Shown here one piece after another: positions 10,313-19,907 of a stretch of 64,000 bases of DNA. Source of the stretch: Paracoccaceae bacterium (GTDB taxonomy: Bacteria > Pseudomonadota > Alphaproteobacteria > Rhodobacterales > Rhodobacteraceae); the NCBI GenBank assembly GCA_039975755.1, contig JBDWGM010000004.1, positions 19,444-83,443 on the forward strand, written 5' to 3'. The position numbers and the translations under genes were made by a program. Below the pieces are notes generated by a model. It made no database searches, had not been told where the DNA came from, and saw only the letters and a program-made list of their open reading frames with translations. Each line of letters opens with the position of its first letter. Position 1 is the stretch's first letter.

Positions 10313-11329
10313 TTAGCCCCAGCAAAGCTTCAGACCTTCCTCGGATGAGATAGATGGCACGCCGTCAACTGGGTTGTCGGTCACAAGTGCAACACCAGTG
10401 TCAAAGAAGGCTTTGCCCGGCGTCAACTCTGGCTTAATGCCGTCATCGGCCCATGCCTTAATCGCCTCGACGCCCAAAGCAGCCATCAAAAGCGGGTATT
10501 GCTGCGACGTTGCACCAATTGCGCCTTCGGCAACCGCTTGAACACCTGGGCAACCGCCATCGACAGAGACAACAACGACGTCGTCGACTTTACCAAAGTC
10601 TTTCAATGTCTCGTGTGCGCCCGCGGCAGCTGGTTCATTGATCGTGTAGAGAACGTTGACACCATCATCCATGGTCAGAAGGTTTTCCATGGACTTGCGT
10701 CCCCCTTCCTCATTGGCGTTGGTCACTTCGTTATTGATGATACGCTCATCACTCTCGTCGCCCCATTTCGCAGGGTCGGCAAGATCAATACCAAAGCCTT
10801 GCAAAAAGCCTTGGTTGCGCAAAACACCCACGGTCGGTTGGGACACGTTAATGTTCATCATGCCGATTTTGGCTGTGGTTGTGTCATCGACCTGACCCGC
10901 AGCCCATTTACCGATGAGCTCACCCGCGAGGAAATTATCGGTCGCAAAAGTCGCGTCAGCCGCATCAATGGGTGACAAAGGTGTGTCGAGTGCGATCACG
11001 ACAAGACCCGCATCGCGCGCTTGCTGCACGGCAGGTACGATTGATGAAGTATCAGATGCAGTAATCAGAATGCCTTTGGCACCGTCGAGGATACAGGTTT
11101 CGATTGCTTGTACCTGTGTTTCGTGATCACCGTCGATTTTACCAGCGAAGGACTTGAGCGTCATGCCAAGCTCTGCAGCTTTGGCTTCTGCGCCTTCTTT
11201 CATCTTTACGAAGAAGGGGTTGGTATCGGTTTTTGTAATGAGGCAAACGGTTGTAGAATGGCCGTCGGCCCATGCTGCGCCTGTTGATGCAATCGTCATC
11301 ATAGCCGCGCCAATTAGAAATTTCTTCAT
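10313..11329 (-). CDS. Sugar ABC transporter periplasmic substrate-binding protein (FrcB/RbsB-like)
   Basis: Signal peptide [21 protein letters not shown] with GGGAGGA upstream of the ATG at 11329. Periplasmic-binding-protein type I pattern. Confidence 0.85.
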   Translation of the reverse strand: MKKFLIGAAMMTIASTGAAWADGHSTTVCLITKTDTNPFFVKMKEGAEAKAAELGMTLKSFAGKIDGDHETQVQAIETCILDGAKGILITASDTSSIVPAVQQARDAGLVVIALDTPLSPIDAADATFATDNFLAGELIGKWAAGQVDDTTTAKIGMMNINVSQPTVGVLRNQGFLQGFGIDLADPAKWGDESDERIINNEVTNANEEGGRKSMENLLTMDDGVNVLYTINEPAAAGAHETLKDFGKVDDVVVVSVDGGCPGVQAVAEGAIGATSQQYPLLMAALGVEAIKAWADDGIKPELTPGKAFFDTGVALVTDNPVDGVPSISSEEGLKLCWG

Positions 11330-11825
11330 GATATCCTCCCAAGACGTAAAGGCCCTAGAATCATTTGGCCTTACCCTACGTGAACCTGATTTCACGCACC
11401 CGTCAACTGGGGCAGCTCTGGAGGCTTAAGACGTAGCCCCAATTTAAACTGACGAAGGGAGCCAGCCCCCTGCTAGATTTAACTGTTTTTGAATTTGTAT
11501 CCCGTGCCGGTTTTGCAGCCGTGTGGACCGACATCGCCTTGGCAACAAGCGCGAAGGCCTCAAATCTCGCAGTGTTTTATTAATGAAATTGTCCCTTAGA
11601 ATGAAACATTCGTCTGCAGGCGCAAATTCTGGGGCAAATTGAGTTCATCAGCGCGAAATCGCGCATGGTACGACAGTGTAGAGAAATTCGCAGCCCAATC
11701 GTCACACACGAGAACAAGTCCGCGTTACATTGAATTGATATCACAACAAACAGCACTACCTGTAACGTCCACACATCTCGAAAGTTGGACACACACCTCC
11801 AGCTAAAAAATCATGAAGGCCCCAC

Positions 11826-13988
11826 ATGCCATCCGAAGCGTCCCATACCGACTTTGTTTTGTCTAACTCACGTTCTGTCATAACAAAAACTCCGATATTG
11901 AACGAAGGAACTGTCGAATCCAAACGCGAAGAGATACTTGAGTATTTTCATCGCACTTTCTCCTTGTACGAGAGCATTTTCGACTGCCTTGTAGATGACG
12001 AAGCTTACTATGCGCGCGCGAACATGCTGCGCCATCCATTGATCTTTTATTATGGTCACACCTCGGTTTTCTACATCAACAAGCTCAACGTTGCGAAGTT
12101 GATCAACGAACGCATCGATCCGCACCTGGAATCAACGTTGGCCATCGGTGTGGACGAAATGTCATGGGATGACCTGAACGAAGCCCATTACGATTGGCCG
12201 ACACCGGCAAAGGTAAAGGCGTACCGCGACAAGACACGTGAGATCGTCGATAATTTCATCCGGACTTGTGATTTCACATTGCCAATTCAATGGGACGATC
12301 CGATGTGGGTCATCATGATGGGCATTGAACATGAGCGCATCCACCTTGAAACAACCGCGGTTTTGATCCGCGAGTTGCCGTTGGACAAAGTACAGGCGCA
12401 TGATGTCTGGAGCAAAATTTGTTTAGAAACGGGAACCGCCCCATTGAACGAATTGTTGGATGTTGCCGGTGGCGACATCGAATACGGCAAAGACAAATCA
12501 AACCCGCTATATGGATGGGACAACGAATTTGGGCATGCCGAAGCGAAAATCAAACCTTTCAAAGCATCCAAATACCTCGTTTCAAATTCTGAGTTTTTGG
12601 AATTCGTCGAAGCTGGAGGATATCACACCCGCAGCTATTGGGACGACGAAGGGTGGCATTGGGTGCAATATGCCAAGGCCGAACACCCAGTATATTGGGT
12701 CAAAGATGCGGACGGGTACAAATACCGGTCCATGCTGGAAGTCATCGATATGCCGTGGAACTGGCCCACGGATTTGAATTACCTCGAGGCCAAGGCCTTC
12801 TGTAACTGGAAATCTAAGGAGACTGGCAAGAACATCCGGATGCCGACAGAGGCAGAGTGGTATCACCTGCGCAACGAAACGACCCAAACAGACCAACCTT
12901 ATTGGACAAAGGCCCCCGGCAACATCAACCTAGAATATGAAATGTCGCCCTGCCCCGTGGACCGTCATGAGTTTGAGGGTGGCTTTTTCGACATTATCGG
13001 CAATGTTTGGCAGTGGACTGAAACACCTATTGATGGTTTGGAAGGCTACAACGTCCATCCAATTTACGATGATTTCTCATCGCCTACATTCGATGGCAAA
13101 CACAACGTTTTCAAAGGCGGTTGCTGGATTTCAACGGGCAATTATTCCATCAAGGATTCCCGTTACGCCTTCCGTCGCCATTTCTTCCAATACTCTGGCC
13201 TGCGTTATGTTGAAGCCGGTGAAATCGAGAACCCAATCATGAATGTTTACGAAACTGACGAACAAATTTCTCAATATATCGAGTTTCATTATGGGGAAGA
13301 ACATTACGGTGTGAAGAACTTCCCCGTCGCCTGCATCGAAGCTTTGGCCCCTCATATTACAGATATGAAAACCGAATGTGCCTTGGATCTGGGTTGCGCC
13401 ACAGGCCGTTCGTCCTTCGAACTGGCCAAGATTTTTGATCATGTCGACGCGCTTGATTTCTCGGCACGTCTGATCGAGGCGCCATCAACGTTACAATCGA
13501 CCGGGTCACAGCGCTATGTCATCGCCACCCAAGGGGAACTTGTTGATTTCAAAGAGGTGAAGCTGGCTGAATTTGATGGGTATGAAGCGATCAAAGACAA
13601 CGTTTCCTTCATGCAAGGCGATGCCTGCAACCTGGCGGACAAATACACCGATTATGATTTGGTGTTTGCGGGCAACCTGATTGATCGTCTGTACAAACCA
13701 ACCGACTTTCTTGCCTCGATCAAGGATCGCATTCGCCCAGGCGGATTGTTGGTCATCACGTCACCGTACACTTGGCTGGAAGAGTTCACACCAAAGGAAA
13801 ATTGGTTAGGCGGGTTCAAAGCTCAGACCGGCGAGAACTATTCCACGCTGGAAGGACTGGCGGAAAATCTCGCGCCAGAGTTTGAACTTGTTGGCGATCC
13901 ACAAGACATCCCCTTTGTCATTCGCGAAACTGCGAGGAAATTCCAACACAGCGTCGCCGAAATGAGCGTTTGGCGGAAAGCAAAATAA
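11826..13988 (+). CDS. ovoA: 5-histidylcysteine sulfoxide synthase / mercaptohistidine methyltransferase (ovothiol biosynthesis, OvoA)
   Basis: 720 aa with three domains: a DinB-like N-terminus (HPLIFYYGHT), an FGE-sulfatase-like middle (GNVWQWT, GGCWIS) and a C-terminal SAM methyltransferase (LDLGCATGRSS). This is the known OvoA architecture. Confidence 0.85.
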   Translation: MPSEASHTDFVLSNSRSVITKTPILNEGTVESKREEILEYFHRTFSLYESIFDCLVDDEAYYARANMLRHPLIFYYGHTSVFYINKLNVAKLINERIDPHLESTLAIGVDEMSWDDLNEAHYDWPTPAKVKAYRDKTREIVDNFIRTCDFTLPIQWDDPMWVIMMGIEHERIHLETTAVLIRELPLDKVQAHDVWSKICLETGTAPLNELLDVAGGDIEYGKDKSNPLYGWDNEFGHAEAKIKPFKASKYLVSNSEFLEFVEAGGYHTRSYWDDEGWHWVQYAKAEHPVYWVKDADGYKYRSMLEVIDMPWNWPTDLNYLEAKAFCNWKSKETGKNIRMPTEAEWYHLRNETTQTDQPYWTKAPGNINLEYEMSPCPVDRHEFEGGFFDIIGNVWQWTETPIDGLEGYNVHPIYDDFSSPTFDGKHNVFKGGCWISTGNYSIKDSRYAFRRHFFQYSGLRYVEAGEIENPIMNVYETDEQISQYIEFHYGEEHYGVKNFPVACIEALAPHITDMKTECALDLGCATGRSSFELAKIFDHVDALDFSARLIEAPSTLQSTGSQRYVIATQGELVDFKEVKLAEFDGYEAIKDNVSFMQGDACNLADKYTDYDLVFAGNLIDRLYKPTDFLASIKDRIRPGGLLVITSPYTWLEEFTPKENWLGGFKAQTGENYSTLEGLAENLAPEFELVGDPQDIPFVIRETARKFQHSVAEMSVWRKAK

Positions 13989-14007
13989 ACAAGATGCATA
14001 AGTATGA

Positions 14008-14040
14008 TCCCAGTTGGTTCCGGCCAGCTGGGATTTGTCA
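14008..14040 (+). terminator. Rho-independent terminator after ovoA
   Basis: 10-bp stem TCCCAGTTGG / CCAGCTGGGA (one G-U pair), loop TTCCGG, then TTTGTCA. It lies 20 nt after the ovoA stop. Confidence 0.55.
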
Positions 14041-14243
14041 TGCTTCAAGGGTGTTGTGCCCTCAAAACCCATACCTCTACCTTCAACACGATTGGGCGGG
14101 AAACCGAACTTCTGCCGTCCACGTCAAAGCTCAGCTTCATCGCGGCGACTCTCTTCGTTTGGTGCCAGCTCAAGCTAACAAATAGATATTTCTTTCCGTG
14201 CGATTGCGCTTAACTTCAAACCTCTCCGCGCGTAGAAATATGT

Positions 14244-14702
14244 ATGAACTTTGACCAAAAGCCCTTTTCTTATCGGCTTGACAGAAATGTACCTGAATTC
14301 CCGGACAGTGGACCCGTTTGCGTAATGGATGCGCATTGCGCACTTTGTGCACGAGGGGCGGCATGGATCGCCCGCAATGATCGACGCGTAGAATTCAAGA
14401 TCGTGCCTCTGCAGTCGGAGTTGGGCAACGCTTTGATGATCCATTATGCGATGGACCCTGAGGATCCGACGTCATGGCTTTATCTGGAGGATGGGCGCGC
14501 TTATGCATCGCTCGATGCGCTTATGCGTGTCGGGCGTCGCCTTGGACGCGTATGGCATGCGTTGAGCATCATGCGGATCGTTCCCAGTCCGTCGCGTGAT
14601 CGTCTCTACGTGATCGTTGCCACAAATCGATATCGTTGGTTCGGCACGGCGGATCTGTGTTCCTTGCCTGATCCCGAGGTGCAAAAAAGGCTTGTGTCAT
14701 GA
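14244..14702 (+). CDS. DCC1-like thiol-disulfide oxidoreductase (DUF393)
   Basis: MDAHCALCARG CxxC motif near the N-terminus and a C-terminal NRYRWFG motif. 152 aa. Confidence 0.75.
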   Translation: MNFDQKPFSYRLDRNVPEFPDSGPVCVMDAHCALCARGAAWIARNDRRVEFKIVPLQSELGNALMIHYAMDPEDPTSWLYLEDGRAYASLDALMRVGRRLGRVWHALSIMRIVPSPSRDRLYVIVATNRYRWFGTADLCSLPDPEVQKRLVS

Positions 14703-16366
14703 AACTTCTCATCCTCGGTGGGTATGGCGTGTTTGGGGGTCGTCTCGCAGAGCTGCTGTCCGACATTCCCGAACTTGAGATTTTGATATCTGGCCGCAAT
14801 TTAGATCGCGCCAAGCAATTTTGCGCCACTCTTCAGGGTGCCGCGACAGTTAAGCCGGTCAAACTCGATCGCAACGAGCTGGACCAGAGCATCAACACCC
14901 TTGCCCCCGACCTTGTTGTCGATGCGTCGGGTCCGTTTCAGGACTACGGCAAGGATTGTTATGGAGTGATCGAAACCTGTATTCGATCTGGTGTGAACTA
15001 CATGGATTTCGCCGACGCTGCCGATTTCGTTTTTGGTGTCTCCAAGTTTGACAGCGCAGCCAAAGACGCGGGTGTTTTTGTTTTGGCTGGGGTCAGCAGT
15101 TTTCCTGTGCTTACAGCGGCGGTTCTGCGCGAAATGTCTAAATCCATGCAGATCGTTTCCGTAACGGGTGGTATCGCGCCGTCACCTTATGCAGGTATTG
15201 GTTTGAATGTGATGCGCGCAGTGGCCGGCTATGCTGGCACCCCAGTAAAGTTGACGCGCGACGGGGCGCAAACAACGGCGCCCGGCCTTGCAGAAAGCAT
15301 GCGATACACAATCGCAGTGCCGGGCCGAATGCCGTTGAAGAATATCCACTTTTCTCTGGTCGATGTTCCCGACTTGCAGGTCATTCCGCCAGAGCACGCC
15401 ACCCTTAAAGACATCTGGATGGGTGCTGGTCCAGTTCCCGAATTCCTGCACCGGATATTGAATCTATTGGCCAAAGCGCGGGCAAAATTCAAATTGCCAA
15501 GTTTTGAACCAATGGCTCCCTTTTTTCACAAGGTTCTTAATCTGATGAAATTTGGTGAACACCGCGGTGGCATGTTCGTGCATGCAACTGGGTTTCAGGA
15601 CAGTAAGCCGATTGAACGTTCATGGCATTTGCTGGCTGAAGCGGATGACGGTCCATATATCCCTTCCATGGCAATCGAAGCGCTTGTCCGGAAGCTCTTG
15701 AGAAATGAGCGCATTCCAAATGGTGCGTGTGCTGCAACGCAAATTCTCAGCCTCGAAGATTATCAGCGGATTTTTGGCAAACGCACGATCTATACGGGGT
15801 TTCGAAGCGCGCCGTCCAAGAGCGCACCTCTTTATCGTCAGATCCTTGGGGATGCCTTTGATACGTTGCCTCAGCAGCTTCAGGCACTTCATGACGAAAC
15901 CGGCGCAAGCAGTTGGGAAGGCGTCGCTCGCGTGCAGCGCGGCACTGGGGTGATGTCCAAAATTATAGGGAAGCTATTTGGGTTTCCCCCGACCGGCGAG
16001 CAGATACCTGTAACCGTGCAATTTACGCCTGAGCAGGGCGGCGAGAAATGGTTACGAACATTTGGGACAAAATCTTTCTTTTCGATCCAGACGCTCGGCA
16101 CAGGCAGGGACGAACACTTGCTGATGGAGCGCTTTGGGCCCATCAAGGTTGCGTTGGCGTTGGTTGTGCGGGATGAGAAGCTGTTCTTGATCCCACGTCA
16201 TTGGTCGCTACTCGGCTTACCACTGCCATCTGCGTTGCTGCCTTCTGGGAATAGTTTTGAGGCTCAGGTGAATGGAAAGTTTCGCTTTGATGTCGAGATC
16301 TCAGCACCCGTCGTTGGACTGATCGCTGCGTATCAAGGGGAATTAGAACCGTCGCCGAAGGCATGA
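14699..16366 (+). CDS. Saccharopine-dehydrogenase-like NAD(P)-binding protein fused to a DUF4166-like C-terminal domain
   Basis: N-terminal MKLLILGGYGVFGG Rossmann motif. 555 aa. The start overlaps the DCC gene stop (ATGA), indicating translational coupling. Confidence 0.65.
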   Translation: MKLLILGGYGVFGGRLAELLSDIPELEILISGRNLDRAKQFCATLQGAATVKPVKLDRNELDQSINTLAPDLVVDASGPFQDYGKDCYGVIETCIRSGVNYMDFADAADFVFGVSKFDSAAKDAGVFVLAGVSSFPVLTAAVLREMSKSMQIVSVTGGIAPSPYAGIGLNVMRAVAGYAGTPVKLTRDGAQTTAPGLAESMRYTIAVPGRMPLKNIHFSLVDVPDLQVIPPEHATLKDIWMGAGPVPEFLHRILNLLAKARAKFKLPSFEPMAPFFHKVLNLMKFGEHRGGMFVHATGFQDSKPIERSWHLLAEADDGPYIPSMAIEALVRKLLRNERIPNGACAATQILSLEDYQRIFGKRTIYTGFRSAPSKSAPLYRQILGDAFDTLPQQLQALHDETGASSWEGVARVQRGTGVMSKIIGKLFGFPPTGEQIPVTVQFTPEQGGEKWLRTFGTKSFFSIQTLGTGRDEHLLMERFGPIKVALALVVRDEKLFLIPRHWSLLGLPLPSALLPSGNSFEAQVNGKFRFDVEISAPVVGLIAAYQGELEPSPKA

Positions 16367-16418
16367 TTGCTTTGAGGTTTTCACTGACGCTGGCGGCGAC
16401 ACCAACGATGTGGCTGCA

Positions 16419-17435
16419 TTAACGGATTGCCAGCCCATTTGTATCAAATATGTGAAGAAGGTCGTTTGGAATGTTCAGGCCAACAATATCGTTTGGGGTC
16501 AAGGTCGTCGTTCCGCTGACACGCACCGTAATTTGACCAGCCTTGCCACAGTTAAGGATAACGAAGGTATCTGCCCCCAAATATTCCAACACATCTACCG
16601 TTCCGTCGATCAAACCTGCCCCAGGATCGACCAATTCGATATGTTCAGGGCGCATGCCAACGGATGTTGCATCCTCATGCAGCGCAGCACCTTTCAGTGA
16701 CTTGACTGGAACAACATTCATCCTCGGCGATCCAATGAACTGAGCCACAAAAAGGTTTGACGGCTTTTCATAAAGCTCCCGAGGTGTCCCAACTTGGGCG
16801 ATCCGGCCAAATTCAAGCACGACAATGCGGTCGGCCAAAGTCATTGCTTCAACCTGATCATGCGTCACGTAGATCATCGTCGATTTAAGTGTCTGGTGAA
16901 GCTTGGCAATTTCATAACGCATCTCAACCCGCAGGGCGGCGTCGAGGTTTGACAGTGGTTCATCAAACAGGAACGCAGTTGGGTCCCGCACAATGGAACG
17001 GCCAATGGCTACGCGTTGGCGCTGGCCACCGGACAAATCCTTGGGGCGACGATCCATGTAATCGTCCAGCTTCAGAACACGAGCAGCCTCGTTCACCTTT
17101 GCATCAACATCAGCCTTGGCCAGTCCAGCGGATTTCAGAGGAAAGCCTACGTTATCGCGCACGGTCATATGTGGATAAAGAGCGTAAGATTGAAACACCA
17201 TCGCCAGCCCGCGTTTGTTAGGCGGCTCGGCAGTCGCATCCCGATCGCCTATCATGATTTGCCCACGAGACGTTTCTTCGAGCCCAGCGATCATTCTCAA
17301 AAGTGTGGATTTCCCACAACCGGACGGGCCAACGAAAATGACGAATTCGCCTTCTTCGATCTCAAGATCGACACCCTTGATGACTTGAGTATCGCCAAAC
17401 CATTTCTCTACCGCACTTAGTTTGATCGATGACAT
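16419..17435 (-). CDS. Carbohydrate ABC transporter ATP-binding protein (MalK/UgpC type)
   Basis: [22 protein letters not shown] and [10 protein letters not shown] motifs plus a C-terminal MalK-like regulatory domain. The ATG at 17435 overlaps the stop of the glycosidase gene. Confidence 0.9.
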   Translation of the reverse strand: MSSIKLSAVEKWFGDTQVIKGVDLEIEEGEFVIFVGPSGCGKSTLLRMIAGLEETSRGQIMIGDRDATAEPPNKRGLAMVFQSYALYPHMTVRDNVGFPLKSAGLAKADVDAKVNEAARVLKLDDYMDRRPKDLSGGQRQRVAIGRSIVRDPTAFLFDEPLSNLDAALRVEMRYEIAKLHQTLKSTMIYVTHDQVEAMTLADRIVVLEFGRIAQVGTPRELYEKPSNLFVAQFIGSPRMNVVPVKSLKGAALHEDATSVGMRPEHIELVDPGAGLIDGTVDVLEYLGADTFVILNCGKAGQITVRVSGTTTLTPNDIVGLNIPNDLLHIFDTNGLAIR

Positions 17436-18688
17436 CAAGCAGCCCCTCGCCGATTTTCGCGATTGTCCCGCGCCCAGCCCAGCCAGACTGCAGCGGTCCA
17501 AGTAAAGGTCTCTCCACCCGCAGGTGTTCCATTAAGAGGATCATAATATTCGGCAAATCCGTTCATCTCCATGAGGCGTGCAGTATCACCGCGGATACGG
17601 GCAGCCAAATCGTCGACGCCTTGTTCCTCCATCCCGGAGCCCACAAGGTAATTCATGATCGGCCAGGTCGGGCCCCGCCAATAACGCAGTGGCTCGAAGC
17701 CGTCACCATGGGGGTCGAAACTGGCCAAGCCATAGATTGCAGCATCCAACATGCGCGCAATCGCAGGCCGTGCACGATCATCATTGATGCCCGCATACCA
17801 GCACAAGGCCGAGGCGTTTGAGAGTACACCGTTGAATGTGCCCGCATGCACGTCGCGGCTATCATAGCCAGCAATCGCAGGGTTCCAGAGCGTTTCCGCC
17901 CCAGCCTCGAGGGTTACAATCCAGCTCTCAATCTCGGTGACGTCTTCACCAAAACGCCGACCCATCGCGGCCATGTCCCGCTGTGCCCGCAGCAAAGCGA
18001 ATGTCATCGTCGGATCAGCAACGCGAAACGGATTGATATCGCGCAATTCGTCTTGGTCCCAATTCACTGAGACGCCAAGCTGCACCAGCTTGAGGTATCG
18101 ATCATAGTCGTATTTGGTGGGTCGCATGGACGGGTCAACGTGACTGGTATCGCGGCGGGTGTAATCGCCCACATCGTCCGCATTGATGGCCCTCATCGCG
18201 CCATCCCAATCAGGCGCATTATCGCGCCCGGCCTCCCATGGATGCGTCACACAGACCGCGCCTTGATCCAGACGCCATTCCATAAACCACCGATGCCACG
18301 CATGCAGCTTGGGCCACATGGCACGGGCGCGCGGTTCACCTGTTGGATCCATTGCCAACATCTTGGCCATAAAGCTTGCGGCCACCGGGGGCTGACTGAT
18401 GCCAGAGGATGCGACGGGACCTCGGCCTTGCCAAACATCGGGGCCAGGAAAATAGCCGGAATCAACCCGGTGGAACAGAATATGCGGCACCATGCCATCA
18501 TCCCATTGCCCGGACAAAAGCGTTTCCAGTTCGGTCCAGCCACGGTCCGGGTCAAAGGTCGTGAATCCCCAGGCCGCAAAGGCGCTGTCCCAATTCCACT
18601 GGTAGGGATAAAGCCCGCGCGTCGGCAGCGTATAGCCGCCCTTGTCATTCATCCGCAGGATATCGCGGGCCTGTTCGTCTAACGTCAT
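17435..18688 (-). CDS. Cytoplasmic (alpha/alpha)6 glycoside hydrolase, GH63-like (glucosyl-/mannosylglycerate-hydrolase-like)
   Basis: 417 aa with no signal peptide. [15 protein letters not shown] and later WRGPTWP blocks resemble GH63/MGH-type enzymes. The family call is made from motif memory only. Confidence 0.55.
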   Translation of the reverse strand: MTLDEQARDILRMNDKGGYTLPTRGLYPYQWNWDSAFAAWGFTTFDPDRGWTELETLLSGQWDDGMVPHILFHRVDSGYFPGPDVWQGRGPVASSGISQPPVAASFMAKMLAMDPTGEPRARAMWPKLHAWHRWFMEWRLDQGAVCVTHPWEAGRDNAPDWDGAMRAINADDVGDYTRRDTSHVDPSMRPTKYDYDRYLKLVQLGVSVNWDQDELRDINPFRVADPTMTFALLRAQRDMAAMGRRFGEDVTEIESWIVTLEAGAETLWNPAIAGYDSRDVHAGTFNGVLSNASALCWYAGINDDRARPAIARMLDAAIYGLASFDPHGDGFEPLRYWRGPTWPIMNYLVGSGMEEQGVDDLAARIRGDTARLMEMNGFAEYYDPLNGTPAGGETFTWTAAVWLGWARDNRENRRGAA

Positions 18689-18689
18689 A

Positions 18690-19907
18690 TCATCCCTTAA
18701 CTGACCCGGCGGTCAGCCCTTTCGTCATAAAGCGTTCGAGACCAAGGAACAGCGCCATGATCGGCACAGTCGCGATCACCGATCCGGCCATCAAATGCTG
18801 GCGTGGAATTTCTGAAGAATTGAGCGAGGCAATCCCCCGCGTGAGCGTGAATTTCGACGGATCATCCAACAGCATGAAAGCCAGCAGGAATTCGTTCCAA
18901 GCGATCATAAAGACATACAACGACACCGACGCCAGTGCAGGCAGCGACAGGGGCAACGTGATTTTCCAGATCACAGCAAGACGGCTGAGCCCATCCATGA
19001 GGCCCGCCTCCTCTACCTCGGAGGGCAACCCCCGGAAGTATCCTTGCAACATGTACAGCGCAACGGGGATGGTTGTGACCGGATAGATCATCACGATCCC
19101 AACGAATGTGTTGCGCAAACCAGTGGCAGAAAAGGCAATGTAGATCGGCAGAGCCAGCACGATCATCGGCACCATATAGATCAGCAAGATCGAACGCGAA
19201 AACACCGCCCGCCCCCGAAACCGCAACCTAGCCACCGCATAGGCCCCTGGGATCGCAAAAGCCAGAGTGATGAAAACAGTGATCACGGAAATAAAGAACG
19301 AGTTGAAAAGGTAGGTGCCAAAGTTGAACTGAGTAAACAGCTCGTCATAAGAGCGGAACAGTTCGGCCCCTTTGCTTAGGTCTATTGAGAAATCGAGAGG
19401 GTTCTGCATCAGCTCTGACTGGTTCTTAAAGCTGGTCATGACCATGACGTAGAACGGGATCAGCACGATGGCGGAAAAGAAGATATATCCAAAGCCCGTC
19501 AAAAAGCGGATCACTGCACTTTCAAATTCATAGCGCGTCAAAGACCCGATTGGCGTGTCGTGAAGAATTTTACGCATGGACCAGACGAAAATCACGCCCA
19601 GCACAATCGCGGCAAACACGGCCGCGACCAGGCTTGTGTCACCACGCTGGATCGGCCCGTAAGGCGTCAATGTGATGCCAATCAAGGCCAGCATCACGCC
19701 CCAATGGGCCCCCTTTTTTCGCGGCCCGGTCATCTCGGCGGCTCCCATCGAGGCAACAGCGCCCCAAAGCAAGCTAAGCCAAATAGAGGGGCGGAACGGA
19801 TCGCCCGTCGCAAAGGACATTCCGACGCTGATCGTGATCGCCAGAACCGCCATCCAAAGCGCTCCCAAAAGCGGCCCCGTGACATAGCCAAACCGCAGCA
19901 TGCTCAT
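18690..19907 (-). CDS. CUT1 carbohydrate ABC permease (MalG-like) with an extra N-terminal membrane domain
   Basis: The C-terminal ~280 aa are a typical MalG/UgpE-type permease (EAGLMDGLSRLAVIWKITLP EAA loop). The first ~125 aa add about 4 further hydrophobic helices. Confidence 0.85.
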   Translation of the reverse strand: MSMLRFGYVTGPLLGALWMAVLAITISVGMSFATGDPFRPSIWLSLLWGAVASMGAAEMTGPRKKGAHWGVMLALIGITLTPYGPIQRGDTSLVAAVFAAIVLGVIFVWSMRKILHDTPIGSLTRYEFESAVIRFLTGFGYIFFSAIVLIPFYVMVMTSFKNQSELMQNPLDFSIDLSKGAELFRSYDELFTQFNFGTYLFNSFFISVITVFITLAFAIPGAYAVARLRFRGRAVFSRSILLIYMVPMIVLALPIYIAFSATGLRNTFVGIVMIYPVTTIPVALYMLQGYFRGLPSEVEEAGLMDGLSRLAVIWKITLPLSLPALASVSLYVFMIAWNEFLLAFMLLDDPSKFTLTRGIASLNSSEIPRQHLMAGSVIATVPIMALFLGLERFMTKGLTAGSVKG

